Assembly (NCBI GenBank): GCA_013265495.1
Contig: MU058365.1
Span: 372,001 to 429,599 of the forward strand
DNA length: 57,599 nt
Source: Vicugna vicugna
Taxonomy: Eukaryota
Reading direction: 5' to 3'
Below are positions 42,001 through 51,566 of this stretch, piece by piece. Positions within the stretch are counted from its first letter, which is position 1; every line of letters begins with the position of its first letter. Position numbers and translations under genes: made by a program. The notes under the pieces were generated by a model. It saw nothing but the letters and a program-made list of their open reading frames with translations. It ran no database searches and had not been told where the DNA came from.

Positions 42001-45000
42001 AGCCTGGCACAGAGATGCCCGGCATTTGGGCACTGTGTAACAGATTGGTTAAGAGCATGCGCTTTGGTAGCAGGTGACTGGGATTCAAAAACTGCTCCAC
42101 CACTGAAGCCACGTGGCCAGGAGGCTTAGATGAGATGAGGCGCCAAAGGCTCAGTGCAGTGCCCGACATAATGCTGCTGTCATGGTGTCCTCACACTTGG
42201 CCATCTCAGCCTCCCTTTCCCATCCTGTGCTCCCTCCACCCTGCAGATCATGGAGGTGGCCTCGCCCACAGCAGGCAGCGTGCTGGTGGAGCTGTCCCAG
42301 CTTCAGCTGCTGCAGGTGTGCCGCGAGGTGGCCGTGCGCACCATGTCGCCACACGGCGAGTCGGCCGACTCCATCCCGGCTCCTGTCGCCCCAGCCCTGG
42401 CCAAGGCTTGCTTGCCAGCCAGGGTCTCCTGCCCCTCACCACGACCAGGCTCAGAGGCCAGACCACCCCTTGCCCCAGCCTCCCCAGGTCCTGGGGACCC
42501 TAGTTCTTCCCTTCGGTGCCCTGACCCCCGTGGAACTCAAGAACCCCCCGGGGCCCCCCCAGCAAGCCCTTCCAGAGAGACACCAAAAAGATCCCAAGCG
42601 GAGCGCCCAGCACCTTGCTCCCAGGTACCTCGCTGGGGAGCGGAGGAGCAGGTGGAGGCTGGGAGAAGGGTCTGGGGCTTGGACTCTTCCTCGGTACCTG
42701 CCATTCCAGGAGGAGGCCGGGGCAGCTGCACCGAATGCCTCAGGGGACAGGAAGGCCAGTGAGCCATCCTTGGAAGAGCAAGTTCCTGGCCCTGCTGTTT
42801 CCTCCCTGGCCAAAGAGGAGGCTGAGCAGACCGCGGGAGAGGCCCTCCCGGCCCCTGGCTCCACCCCGGCCGCGCTGGCCCAGAGGCTGCCCTGTGCCGA
42901 GGCCTGCCGTGGAGGGGACACAGGGTCTGCGCTGAGGCCCAGGGCTGAGGTATGGGGCTGGGGACACACTGGGACCCCTCAAGGAATCGGGGTCCTCCTC
43001 TCTGCCTCTGCCAGTCAAAGTCTGGTTACCCACTCTGTTCCCTGCTCTGCTCTGGCTTTGTTCTATGCTGTGTACGGCTGTTTCTTTGTCACTTTATCGT
43101 TCAGATTTCTTTCCCTCTTGGCTGCCATCCTTCTTCCTCACCCCCAGTGTGCATCTCCTCCATTTGGGGCATGACCTTCTCTCCTGCCAAGGGACCCCGT
43201 TCATTCCGGCTGGGGCTGACCCTGCCCGAGTCTGCCCACCCCCCGCGGTTGCCTCACTGCCCTCCCTTCCTCCTTTGTCTTTGCTCTTGCAGCGGGAGGA
43301 CACAGCAGAGCTCGGGGTCCGTCTGGGGAACTCTCTTGTGGACCATGGCCGCAATTCAGATCTGTCTGATATCCAGGAAGAGGAGGAGGAGGAGGAGGAG
43401 CTGGGTGTCAGGACTTGCTCTTTCCAGAAGCAGGTTGCTGGCAACAGCATCAGGGAGAAGGGGGCCAAGGTAACGGGGTGAGGAGGGGCTGGTGGGCCCT
43501 AGACCCCTGGTTCCAGGGACCTCTACCCCACGTGTCAGCAGCTGCTCCTGCTGCCACCGAGTGCCAGAGGCGGTCTAGGTGTGTGGCCCGAGCCCCGTCC
43601 TGTGCCTCAGATAGGAAGTGGCTCATGCTTGGCCTCTGCCCTCCTGGGAGGAAGGGAAGATGAGGCGCTCTTTTCTGCATCTTCTCCTGCTCAGACCCTC
43701 CAGAAGCAGTGCCCTGGCCATCTGAGAGCCTGATGTTGGGAGCTTCCAGGGAGGGGGCGGGAGGCCTCCCTGCTATTACAGGCATAGCCTGCTCCCTGAT
43801 GCTCTTGCCTCTCGGAGGGTCCCAGCGTCCGTTCAACCTCTTCCTTGGGAGTGTTCCCTAATTCTTCCTCTCGCTCTGCCCTGGATGTGCTGCGTGGCTT
43901 GGGGCCAAGCCTCTCTTTCTGGTCCTTCCTTTTGGAGGAAGCTGAGGGAGGGCTATGGGGTTGCCTACAACCCCTGCCCTCATTTGAGGGCTAAGGTCAC
44001 AACTCTGTCCTTTTCCTACGGACCTCTCTTCCCTGCTACCCTCCCCCCCCACCCCTAGCCTGAGCCCGAGCCCTGCTGTGAGACTGACAGCGACGAGGAG
44101 ATCTTGGAGCAAATCCTGGAGCTGCCCCTCCAGCAGTTCTGCAGCAAGAAGCTCTTTAGCATCCCTGAGGAGGAGGAGGAGGAGGAGGAGGAGGAGGAAG
44201 AGGAGAATGCGGAGAACGAGGAGAATGAGAAGAGGCCAGGGGCAGGCTGTTCCTTCCGAGACCCTGGCCCACCTGAACCTGCATTGCTGGGGTTGGGCTG
44301 TGACAGCGGTCGGCCCCGAGGACCTGGTCTATGTCCCTTGTCTCCTGAGCCCTCCAGAGCTGGGGACCGCCCAGAGGACATGCCTGGACTAGTTGGTGGA
44401 AGCAGCTGGAGAGGAAGAAGCGGGTCTCCTGAGAAGCCCCCAAACCGCAGGCGGTCCCCAGATCCCCGTGAACACTGCAGCCGGCTTCTCAGCAACGCCG
44501 GGTCCCAGGCCTCGGGACGACCAGGCCCCGCACGGGAGAAGGGTAGCCCCACTGTGGTCGAGGGCAGCAGGGCTGGACCAGAGGCTGGTGGGAGAGGGCG
44601 GCCAGCTCGCTCGAGGAAGTGCACCCGTGGCCGGGCCCCAGAATCCAACCTGGCCAGCTGCCTCTCCCCGAAGTGCTTGGAAATCAGCATCGAATACGAT
44701 TCTGAGGAAGAGCAGGAGGCGGGCGGCGGGGGCGTCAGCTACACCGGCTCCTGCCACCTCGGAGATGGGGAGGCCTGGGGCACAGCACCCGTAGGAAGGC
44801 CGCGGGGGCCTCCTAAGGCCAGTTCAGGCCCCAACCCCTACCCACGCCTCCCGGCCTGGGAGAAAGGGGAGCCAGAGCGGAGAGGCCGCAGTGCAACTGG
44901 CAGAACCAAGGAGTCACCCTCCCGGGTCCGTGCCCACTCCCCACCCTGGGCAGCCCCCTGCCTGCTGCCACCTGGTGGCCCTGCTTGCTGCCCACCGGCT

Positions 45001-48000
45001 GCTCCCATTCCACGCTGCCGCGTCCATCAGCAGAGGTGGGGCCGGGCCTCCGGGCTCCCTCACCGCCTCCTCCCGCCCACATTCCACTGCTTTGCTGCTT
45101 CTGCCGATTGGAACTGGGATGCACAGTGTTCCGCTGTCATTAGTCACCAGCCAGCCAGGCCCCTGCCTTCGGGCAGGGTGGCCCCTCCCTCTGCTTAGCT
45201 AATTACATCTTCAGGACACTGACCGTGATATCCAGCATCACCCAACCCTGACGCCGAGAAGAGGCCCTCTCCCACGCTCCTTGGCCAACTCTAAGATCTA
45301 ACCTTAGTCCCCTCTACTGCACTCATCTACTAAGGTGGCTGGAGCTGGGGCCTCCCCTCCTGCCCTTCCTCCCTCCATGGGGGTGTCTGATGTCCCCAGC
45401 GAGGCTGGGCCACGGCTCCAGGAGAGGAATGTGTGTCCCTGCTCTGCTGTGCCGCTCACGCTGCCAGGCTGAGCTGGGGGAGTGCCTGCGGGTCCTACCC
45501 CTGCTGAGGTGCCCGCTGGAGGGATGGTGTGTCACTTCTGCCATCTGTTGCACTCTCTTTGCAGGCAACAGAGACTGGGGAGCCCAGAGGGCAGGCCGGC
45601 TGTGGGCGGAGGGGCCCCCTGCGGAGAGGGGCCCGGGGGTCCAGGCCAGGCCCCACCGAGCTGGGTGAGCACCTGATGGGGGCTGGGCTAGGCTGAGCGG
45701 GCAGCCCTGCCCCCTTGATCAGCACTTACTGCCGTTGCTCTCCCCCACAGCCCCTCCGAGGAACCCTCCAGAAGCAGCGCTGGCTTACCAGGACCTACCC
45801 ATCAGGGTCTTTGTGGCTCTGTTTGACTATGACCCCGTGTCAATGTCACCCAACCCTGATGCCGGGGAGGAGGAGCTCCCCTTCCAGGAGGGCCAGATCC
45901 TGAAGGTGACTGACTCACTGCCAGGTCCTTCCTCCCTCCTTCCCTGCACTGGAGGGATGAGAACGCAGCTTCTAGAGCCAGATGCTGTGGGGTCGGGTCC
46001 TGATGCTGCCACTTCTAGCTGTGTAACCTTGAGTGGATTAACTAACTCCTCTGGGCCTCGGTTTCCTCACTGGTGAGAGGGGGGTAATGTCAGTGTCTAC
46101 CTCACAGGGTTGTTTGAGGATTAAATGGCTCAGTGCCCATAGAACGCTGACTGACTGTTAACATCATAGCTTTTATTGTGCCTCCAAGCATTTTTTGAAG
46201 GCTTTTGGCCATTGCTCTGAGGTCAGGGAGATCTAGTCTGGGGTGGGCTGGGGGAATGGATGTGCAGATAGTGGGCGATGGTCATGCGGAAAGGGCTGTT
46301 TTCTCTCATCCTTCTGATCCTTATTTTTGGCCATTTCCTTATCTCCTGTACCATGGCGTGCTGAAGGCAGAGCATTCTCCTGTAGTCCCAAGTGTGGTGC
46401 TGCAGGTTCTGGCCTGGAGCGCAGGGAGCAAGCTCAACTGGCCTCCTGAGATAACTGGTCTTCTTCACCTCCAGGTGTTTGGGGACAAGGATGCCGATGG
46501 CTTCTACCGGGGTGAAGGTGGGGGCCGGATGGGCTACATCCCCTGCAACATGGTGGCCGAGGTGGCTGTGGACAGCCCTGCCGGGAGACAGCAGCTGCTC
46601 CAGCAGGGTTATTTGTCCCCTGATGTCCTTGTTGAGGGTCCAGGTATGACCTGCTCCTGTCCCTCACCCACCTCTCGCCACCCCATTTCCAGCTCAAACC
46701 CTGGCCCCACCCCAACCCTGGCCCAAGCAGTTGGTCTGTCTGGAGTGGCCTGGGTGCCTCATTCATCCACCGGCAGAGCCACTGGGGCCTTCAGGGACTA
46801 AGGCGAGTATGGCCACAGCAGCGAACTTTCCACATGGAATGGGGGTCTGTTGCAGAGGAGATGGGCCATGGATTTTGGATCCTGGAGGTTGGGGATGGGA
46901 GAGAAAGGCCTTTCAGAAATTTGAGTACAGGAACCCTGGCACAGCCCCAGAGGAGCCTCTGGAGTCACTGTCCTATCTCCCTCCCTGCCTCGGTTTCTCT
47001 TACATGTCCTTGCCTTTCTGGACCAGGGAACGGTCCCTTTGTGTACTCCACAGCCCGCACAACTGGGCCTCCCCCCAAACCCCGCCGCTCCAAGAAAGGT
47101 GGGTGAGACCCCCCTTCTCCCTCGGGGCCTGTGGATGAGGGGGGTGGAGGGCACTGCTTGGCTCTCTGGGGAGATGCAGCTGAGGTCCTGAGCAGGTAAA
47201 GGGAACCAGGGCAGATCTTCACCCACAGCCATCCCTTCCAGTGGGGAGCTTCATTCTAATGGGGATGGGGAGCAGTCTGCTGGGACCTCAGTTCCAAAAA
47301 GCACCCCACTATAAGTTCTACGCAACCTGGAGAAGTCACCTACCCTTTCGGGGCTTTAATTCCTACCAAAGCTAAGGGGCTGGGCTACTGTGCTCTCTGA
47401 GTGTCCTTCTCCTGCAGCCCTTGGCTGAGGCTGAGCATCCTGCCTGCCCTTGCTCCAGCCCCCACCTGGGATGAGGAGGGACGCGAGGGGCGGGGCTCAT
47501 GGGCACATTCTCTCCACAGCTGAATCGGAAGGCCCTGCGCAGCTCTGTGCAGGTGAGGGGCCATCCCTGAAACAGAAAGAGGTGGGGCGGGGTGGCCCCT
47601 CTGGCCTCTCCCCAGGGCCTGCGACTAGTGGGGCGTGGTGGATAGGGTCAGCAGGCCTCTGTGTGGAGGATAGTATAGGGCGGGGGAGCCTAGGAGAGTC
47701 CTGTGTCTTCTCCCCCACCTCCTGCAGACCCACTCCAGCGGGTCTCCTCTGCTGGCCTGGAAGCTCCCCGCGGCATGGTGGCTGCCTTTGACTACAACCC
47801 CCGGGAGAGCTCGCCCAACATGGACGTGGAGGTGAGGGCCCTCTGAGAGCCCAGCCAAGGCGGGGGGTGGCAGGGCCTCCCTCCCTGGACCTGATAACTG
47901 CCCCTTGGTCTCTCCATAGGCGGAGCTGCCCTTCCGGGCAGGGGACGTCATTACAGTGTTCGGGGGCATGGACGATGATGGCTTCTACTATGTGAGAACA

Positions 48001-48972
48001 TGGGGGTGGGGGAGTGCCCCTGAGGCAGGGAAGGGGGATGAGCAACGTCTCCTGATGGAAGCCTGGAGGAATGGACTAGGTCACCTTCCATGATTGTGAC
48101 CTTGAGCCCGGGTGGTTCCCCCAGGGCTTCAGAATCAAGGGGGTGGAGCTGAGGCCTCTTTCCTGGTCTCAGTCTCACCAGCATCTCCTCCTCAGGGGGA
48201 ACTGAATGGACAGCGGGGCCTGGTTCCATCCAACTTCCTGGAGGGCCCTGAGCCTGAGGCAGGTGGCTCAGACAGGGAGCCTGGGACACCCCAGGCAGAG
48301 GGGCAGGTCAGTGAGGACCTGGGCTCCCAGTTCAGCAGTTGGCTCTCCTCACTGCTGGTGTGGTGGTGGGGGCAGGACGGCGTTGTGGGAGAGGTGCCTC
48401 TGGGCTGTGAGCCAGGTGTGCCCTGTGCCCAGGGCGGAGCTGCTGAGCCACATACAGCCAGAGGGCGCCCAGCTGGGGTGGCTCCCCCCCAGCATGTGCC
48501 CCTTTCTGAGGAGCGGGGAGGCTGCCACCTCTATCTCCGGCCCATCTGAGCTGGCTGCCCACACCCCGGGCCAGTGCAAGTGAGGGGCCCTGTGGAGAAG
48601 GACTCCAGATCTCCCCCCACCTCTAACCGTCATAGCCCCCATTACAGTACGCCCCCTGCCCCCTTGCTGTATCTCCCTGTCTCCCAGGTGCCTTTTAAGG
48701 CCAGTTGCCCAGCAAGGCCCAGCTTCTTGGGTGGGTGGAGTACAGTGAAGCTCCAGGCTCACAGGATAGGGAGAGGATGAGGCCAGAGCCCCCAGTGGAA
48801 AACCCTGGGCCTCCATCTGCAAAGGGGCTTTGCAAAGCAGGGCCAGCCCCTGCGACCTGGTGACCTGGCGACCTGGTGACTGGGTGGAGAGCATGTGGGT
48901 CTGTCCATAACCCATCTCCTCTCTTTGTCCCCTGTTCTTCAGAGAACGAGGAGGAGAAGAGTCCAGTGCTAG
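26759..48972 (+). CDS. TSPOAP1: TSPO-associated protein 1 / RIM-binding protein 1 (BZRAP1, PRAX-1): coiled-coil, SH3, 3xFN3, acidic region, 2xSH3; 31 coding exons, 1859 aa
   Basis: Manual assembly of 31 GT-AG exons with consistent phases totals 5580 nt, from [14 protein letters not shown]... to ...[12 protein letters not shown]3 motifs [36 protein letters not shown] and [15 protein letters not shown]. Confidence 0.97.
27894..28001 (+). CDS. TSPOAP1: TSPOAP1 exon 2
   Basis: [16 protein letters not shown]...ENQML; ag/gt bounded. Confidence 0.93.
28291..28419 (+). CDS. TSPOAP1: TSPOAP1 exon 3
   Basis: [12 protein letters not shown]...TNLRV. Confidence 0.93.
29017..29196 (+). CDS. TSPOAP1: TSPOAP1 exon 4
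   Basis: VSAPMP...RLTLVGK, 180 nt, phase 0-0. Confidence 0.92.
29740..30430. promoter_or_regulatory. Intragenic CpG island (exon 5/intron 5), candidate antisense (TSPOAP1-AS1-like) promoter
   Basis: Very CpG-dense; minus-strand donor CAG|GTACGA at 30096/30095. Confidence 0.55.
29750..29935 (+). CDS. TSPOAP1: TSPOAP1 exon 5
   Basis: [15 protein letters not shown]...GAPGE. Confidence 0.93.
31091..31168 (+). CDS. TSPOAP1: TSPOAP1 exon 6
   Basis: [11 protein letters not shown]...RVQQL|gtaagt. Confidence 0.92.
31252..31335 (+). CDS. TSPOAP1: TSPOAP1 exon 7
   Basis: [11 protein letters not shown]...RCEEL. Confidence 0.93.
31582..31671 (+). CDS. TSPOAP1: TSPOAP1 exon 8
   Basis: ELQLREAQ...ATEKQQ. 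Confidence 0.93.
31873..31995 (+). CDS. TSPOAP1: TSPOAP1 exon 9
   Basis: [10 protein letters not shown]...LEQVLK. Confidence 0.93.
32030..32187. repeat. Near-tandem duplication of 69 bp (period 89) in TSPOAP1 intron 9
   Basis: 32030-32098 and 32119-32187: GGCACGGGGAAG...GTGGCATATACCCTTTATTGGGCCCTGGGGTCTAAGGCTGAGTCCTG. Confidence 0.9.
32340..32444 (+). CDS. TSPOAP1: TSPOAP1 exon 10
   Basis: HMREVAQRR...RRLQQ. Confidence 0.93.
32520..33590 (-). mobile_element. L2 LINE fragment in TSPOAP1 intron 10; boundaries approximate
   Basis: Purine-rich antisense-L2 motifs (GATCGCGTTGGCTGTGCTG, GAGTGGACGGATTTGAAAT, GAGTTCTGCATT, CAAGTGGAGGTGTC). Confidence 0.6.
33847..33897 (+). CDS. TSPOAP1: TSPOAP1 exon 11
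   Basis: [17 protein letters not shown]. Confidence 0.92.
34313..34333 (+). CDS. TSPOAP1: TSPOAP1 exon 12 (21-nt microexon, STLDSMQ)
   Basis: ttcctgccacag|TCTACCCTGGATTCCATGCAG|gtacag; peptide fills the expected gap between exons 11 and 13. Confidence 0.9.
35137..35341 (+). CDS. TSPOAP1: TSPOAP1 exon 13
   Basis: [10 protein letters not shown]...GAGPK; G|gtaagg. Confidence 0.93.
35922..36094 (+). CDS. TSPOAP1: TSPOAP1 exon 14
   Basis: [12 protein letters not shown]...SCPTPE. Confidence 0.93.
37295..37410 (+). CDS. TSPOAP1: TSPOAP1 exon 15 (SH3-1 start)
   Basis: [10 protein letters not shown]...QVFLARY. Confidence 0.93.
37698..37807 (+). CDS. TSPOAP1: TSPOAP1 exon 16 (SH3-1)
   Basis: [17 protein letters not shown]...DGFFE. 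Confidence 0.95.
38731..38830 (-). mobile_element. tRNA-Ala-derived SINE (older Vic-1-like copy)
   Basis: Reverse complement GGGTAGAGCTCAGTGGCAGAC...GCATGCCCAGGGACCTGGGTTCCATCCCCAATGCCTCCA plus (AAAC)n tail. Confidence 0.7.
39119..39573 (-). mobile_element. MaLR solo LTR (MLT1-type, MLT1C-like)
   Basis: GTCTGAAATCAAGGTGTTGGCAG, CTCTTATAAGGACACTTGTCATTGGATTTAGG, GATAATCCAGGATGATCTCATCTCAAG, TTCAGCCCACTGCA. Confidence 0.85.
40190..40548. mobile_element. L1M 3' fragment (~40190-40410) with adjacent MER5A hAT element (~40415-40548)
   Basis: MER5A motif CAGCATCAGCATCACCCGGGAGCTTGTCAGAAATGCAG...AGAATCTGCGTTTTAACAAG. Confidence 0.7.
40759..41589 (+). CDS. TSPOAP1: TSPOAP1 exon 17 (SH3-1 end, FN3-1, FN3-2)
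   Basis: [16 protein letters not shown]...LQFTTLPA. Confidence 0.96.
41765..41916 (+). CDS. TSPOAP1: TSPOAP1 exon 18 (FN3-3)
   Basis: [13 protein letters not shown]...YADGQK. Confidence 0.95.
42247..42624 (+). CDS. TSPOAP1: TSPOAP1 exon 19
   Basis: [13 protein letters not shown]...PAPCSQ. Confidence 0.93.
42710..42949 (+). CDS. TSPOAP1: TSPOAP1 exon 20
   Basis: EEAGAAAP...LRPRAE; 85-nt upstream intron. Confidence 0.9.
43293..43469 (+). CDS. TSPOAP1: TSPOAP1 exon 21
   Basis: REDTAELG...[16 protein letters not shown]...REKGAK. Confidence 0.92.
44059..44925 (+). CDS. TSPOAP1: TSPOAP1 exon 22 (acidic region)
   Basis: [18 protein letters not shown]...KESPSR; weak donor CGG|gtccgt. Confidence 0.9.
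44167..44205 (+). repeat. TSPOAP1: Coding (GAG)10 GAA GAG GAG repeat encoding Glu13
   Basis: Read directly from the sequence. Confidence 0.9.
44963..44981 (-). promoter_or_regulatory. Predicted CTCF site
   Basis: Reverse complement GGGCCACCAGGTGGCAGCA fits CCASYAGRKGGCRS at every position. Confidence 0.65.
45565..45664 (+). CDS. TSPOAP1: TSPOAP1 exon 23
   Basis: [10 protein letters not shown]...GPTEL; G|gtgagc. Confidence 0.9.
45751..45905 (+). CDS. TSPOAP1: TSPOAP1 exon 24 (SH3-2)
   Basis: ...[19 protein letters not shown]...GQILK. Confidence 0.95.
45960..46170 (+). mobile_element. MIR SINE (similar copies at ~36470-36680 and ~42040-42180)
   Basis: CACTTCTAGCTGTGTAACCTTGAG...CTCTGGGCCTCGGTTTCCTCA...GGGTTGTTTGAGGATTAAATG. 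Confidence 0.75.
46475..46643 (+). CDS. TSPOAP1: TSPOAP1 exon 25 (SH3-2)
   Basis: [11 protein letters not shown]...GYIPCNMV...VEGP. Confidence 0.95.
47027..47098 (+). CDS. TSPOAP1: TSPOAP1 exon 26
   Basis: [23 protein letters not shown]. Confidence 0.92.
47520..47552 (+). CDS. TSPOAP1: TSPOAP1 exon 27 (33 nt)
   Basis: [11 protein letters not shown]; ag/gtgagg. Confidence 0.9.
47728..47831 (+). CDS. TSPOAP1: TSPOAP1 exon 28 (SH3-3)
   Basis: ...[19 protein letters not shown]. Confidence 0.93.
47920..47991 (+). CDS. TSPOAP1: TSPOAP1 exon 29 (SH3-3)
   Basis: [24 protein letters not shown]. Confidence 0.95.
48196..48306 (+). CDS. TSPOAP1: TSPOAP1 exon 30 (SH3-3 end)
   Basis: [16 protein letters not shown]...QAEGQ. 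Confidence 0.95.
48943..48972 (+). CDS. TSPOAP1: TSPOAP1 exon 31 coding part, RTRRRRVQC*; the exon probably ends at 49004
   Basis: ttcttcag|AGAACG...TGC TAG; donor CGT|gtaagt at 49004/49005. Confidence 0.92.
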   Translation, partial: RTRRRRVQC

Positions 48973-51033
48973 ATGGAGATAGATATATGTAGAGAGAGCG
49001 ACGTGTAAGTGGGGACTGAACCCCATGTCCATGTGACCCTGCTCTTTGTGGCACTGTAATCACACAGCGCTCCTTTGTCTCTGACACTGGAGCTGACCTG
49101 GCTTTCCCCCGCTGCTTCCAGGGAACAGGGGAGGGAGATCTTGCCGTGACCCAGATTCGGTTATAGGATCATCCACTCCCCTTGCCTTACTCCGGGCGGT
49201 GCCAGCTGTCATAGGAGTACATGTCATCATAGTATATAATGTCCCATGTTAGCTGACTTCTCATGTTCTATAGCTCACGCGGCTTATAGAATATTGTGTG
49301 ACATCCATACTGTGACTCGTCAGTATATTATGATACTGTATGACTATGGTATTATAATATGGTTATTATTATTGGTGACAGAAGGTTGATGCCATGATGC
49401 CACCAGTAATAATAGTCTCCCCACCCTTGTCCTCTGCATCATGACCTGTTAGGGGATCAGATGCATGATTTTATATCCAACTCTCAATTTTCTCTGCTCG
49501 GGGGAATAAAAGAGGAGGCTTAAACGGTTGGAGTTCGTAGGTAACCCCAAACCATTCATCTCTGGGGCTCAGAGACCCCTTCCATTTGTTTCCCCAGCAA
49601 CCTCTCCCTTCTGGGAACCCTGGGAGGGAGTGGGAAGGGCCTGGCCCCTGCCACCCAGCCAATAGCCCTGGCTGGTTGGCAAGAGATTCTTTGACCTTTA
49701 GGTGCTAGGAGACCTCTCTGTGGGCAGGCCCTGCCACATCGCCAGGGTCTTGAGTGTGGGCCCCAGGCTGGGCACCTAGCTCCTGCCTCCGGTCTGGGCT
49801 CTGTGATTGGCCCTGCCAGCAGATGGCCAGGCTCTGGTGGAAGCCAGAGTTTGAGGAACGGAGTTGGGGGCAGGGGTGGAGAACGCACAGGCTGGCAAGA
49901 CCTGACTGGGTGGTACCAGGCACAGGAGGGGATGTCAGCGATGTTGGGGCACTTCCTGGTGGCTCTCCTGTTTGCTCAAACCCTGCCCTCAGGCCACTAA
50001 CAACACAGTCTGGGTGGGTGGGTGGCAAAGGGAGCCAGGAGTGGGCAGGGCCGCCTCCGGGGTGATGCCCAACTGTGAGTCCCCTCTGCCCCTGGGCTCC
50101 CTGCAACCCTCTCGGGGGCCATTCAAGGAAGAGTCCGGATCTCCTCTCTCTGGAGTGGGCACTGGCTCCACTCTCTGAAGGCCCTTGGACCCCGCATCTG
50201 CTGGCCCACGTGGGCATGCTCCTTCATCTGAGAGGTGGTGTGGAAACTGCCCTCCTTGGAGTGTTGGGAGGGGATGACGTGGGGGAGCTGGAGCATCTGT
50301 CCTGAGGGTCAAGTCCAAGGATGCTGTCAGCCCCGCATCCTACAGAGGATCAGAGTTTACTGGTTAGCTAAAGGGCTGAGAGCCAGAGGAAAGTAAAAGG
50401 TAGTGTTTGCTTTTAACAAAGCAGACTGGGTAGTATGTTAAGTGTTAGGGTGGACTAGGAAAGAACTCAAGACGGGCAGAAATTTCCTCTTGGACTTTCT
50501 ATGTCAACATCCATTTCAGTTTTGGACCTTTCACCAGAGTGCTCATGTGATGGAGAGGAGGAGCTCTGCCCACCCATGAAGTTACTTCCCAGACCAACAG
50601 GTCTCTGCCCGGCTGCTCGAGAAAGGCAGCTCATCCTCTGAGGTTCCTGGGGCCCCACAGGAGTGTGAAGTGCAGGAAAATGGAGTCCACTTTGTGTAGA
50701 AAGCTAACCCATCCTATTTGGACTCATAGAGTGAACCGGGCCAAAAAGAGGAGGTGTGACCCTCTTGTCTACACTCTATGACTACACCTCCTCACTCCTC
50801 CAAGTCCTCGGGCCCCTTTCCTCTGGATCTACCCTGAACCTGCTCTGAGGTCACCGGGGATGCCCCAGTGACTGGAAATCCGGGCAATACTCTTTCAGTC
50901 CATGATCCACTCACTCACCACTCTCCAACACTGGGAAGGCTTTAGCCACTGCCTCTTTCCAAAGAGCCTCTTCCCCCTCGGTTCCAGTTAAATCTGTTCC
51001 TCTTCCTGCCTTCTCTCTTGGGACTCATGGAAC

Positions 51034-51566
51034 TGTTACCCCAAAAGGGAAAGGGAAAAGACTCCAGCTCTTGTCACACCTGAAAGATAAGACAACAGGA
51101 GGCAGCGTTGTGCAGCAAAAGATTTCACAGGATTTACTCAGGAAAAGGAAAAGCACTCCTCCGAGGACCGGGGGTGGGCAGGTCCAGGGCAGACAGCAAT
51201 GGTCTTTGTCTCCCTTCCTCTGCTACCCTCGCTTACAGGTGGTCTCTTGACTGGCTGACGGCTCTTGCCCCAGAGTGCTCAGTCGTGCCCGGCCCTGGGG
51301 CGCATGTCTTTACGCATGATGCACACAGAAAGACCCAAGGAGGGGGGGCTAAACTGCAGTGCTAATAGCAGTAGGTCACATCTGGTCGGGTCCTTCTTGC
51401 TGCCCCACAGTCTCCACCCTTGGGTTCTAACCAGTTTCTTGCTGGCACTCGTTCAGAGGAAGTAAAGACCCTTTATGCTGCAGGCGGGCACACTGCCATC
51501 TTCCAGACCCTCCTCCCTCTCCTCCACCTGTCTGCCCGGTACCCCCACTTATCTAACTGCCTAACA
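51034..51566 (-). mobile_element. Probable ERV solo LTR
   Basis: 533 bp bounded by TGTTA...TAACA; minus strand starts TGTTAGGCAGTTAGATAAG, has CATAAA (~51472-51477) and AGTAAA (~51133-51138), and ends GGGGTAACA. Confidence 0.6.

Noticed and set aside
43670..43735. Strong-looking acceptor in TSPOAP1 intron 21 (possible poison exon at 43695)
   Set aside because: No convincing partner donor and an in-frame stop after 12 codons; insufficient support.
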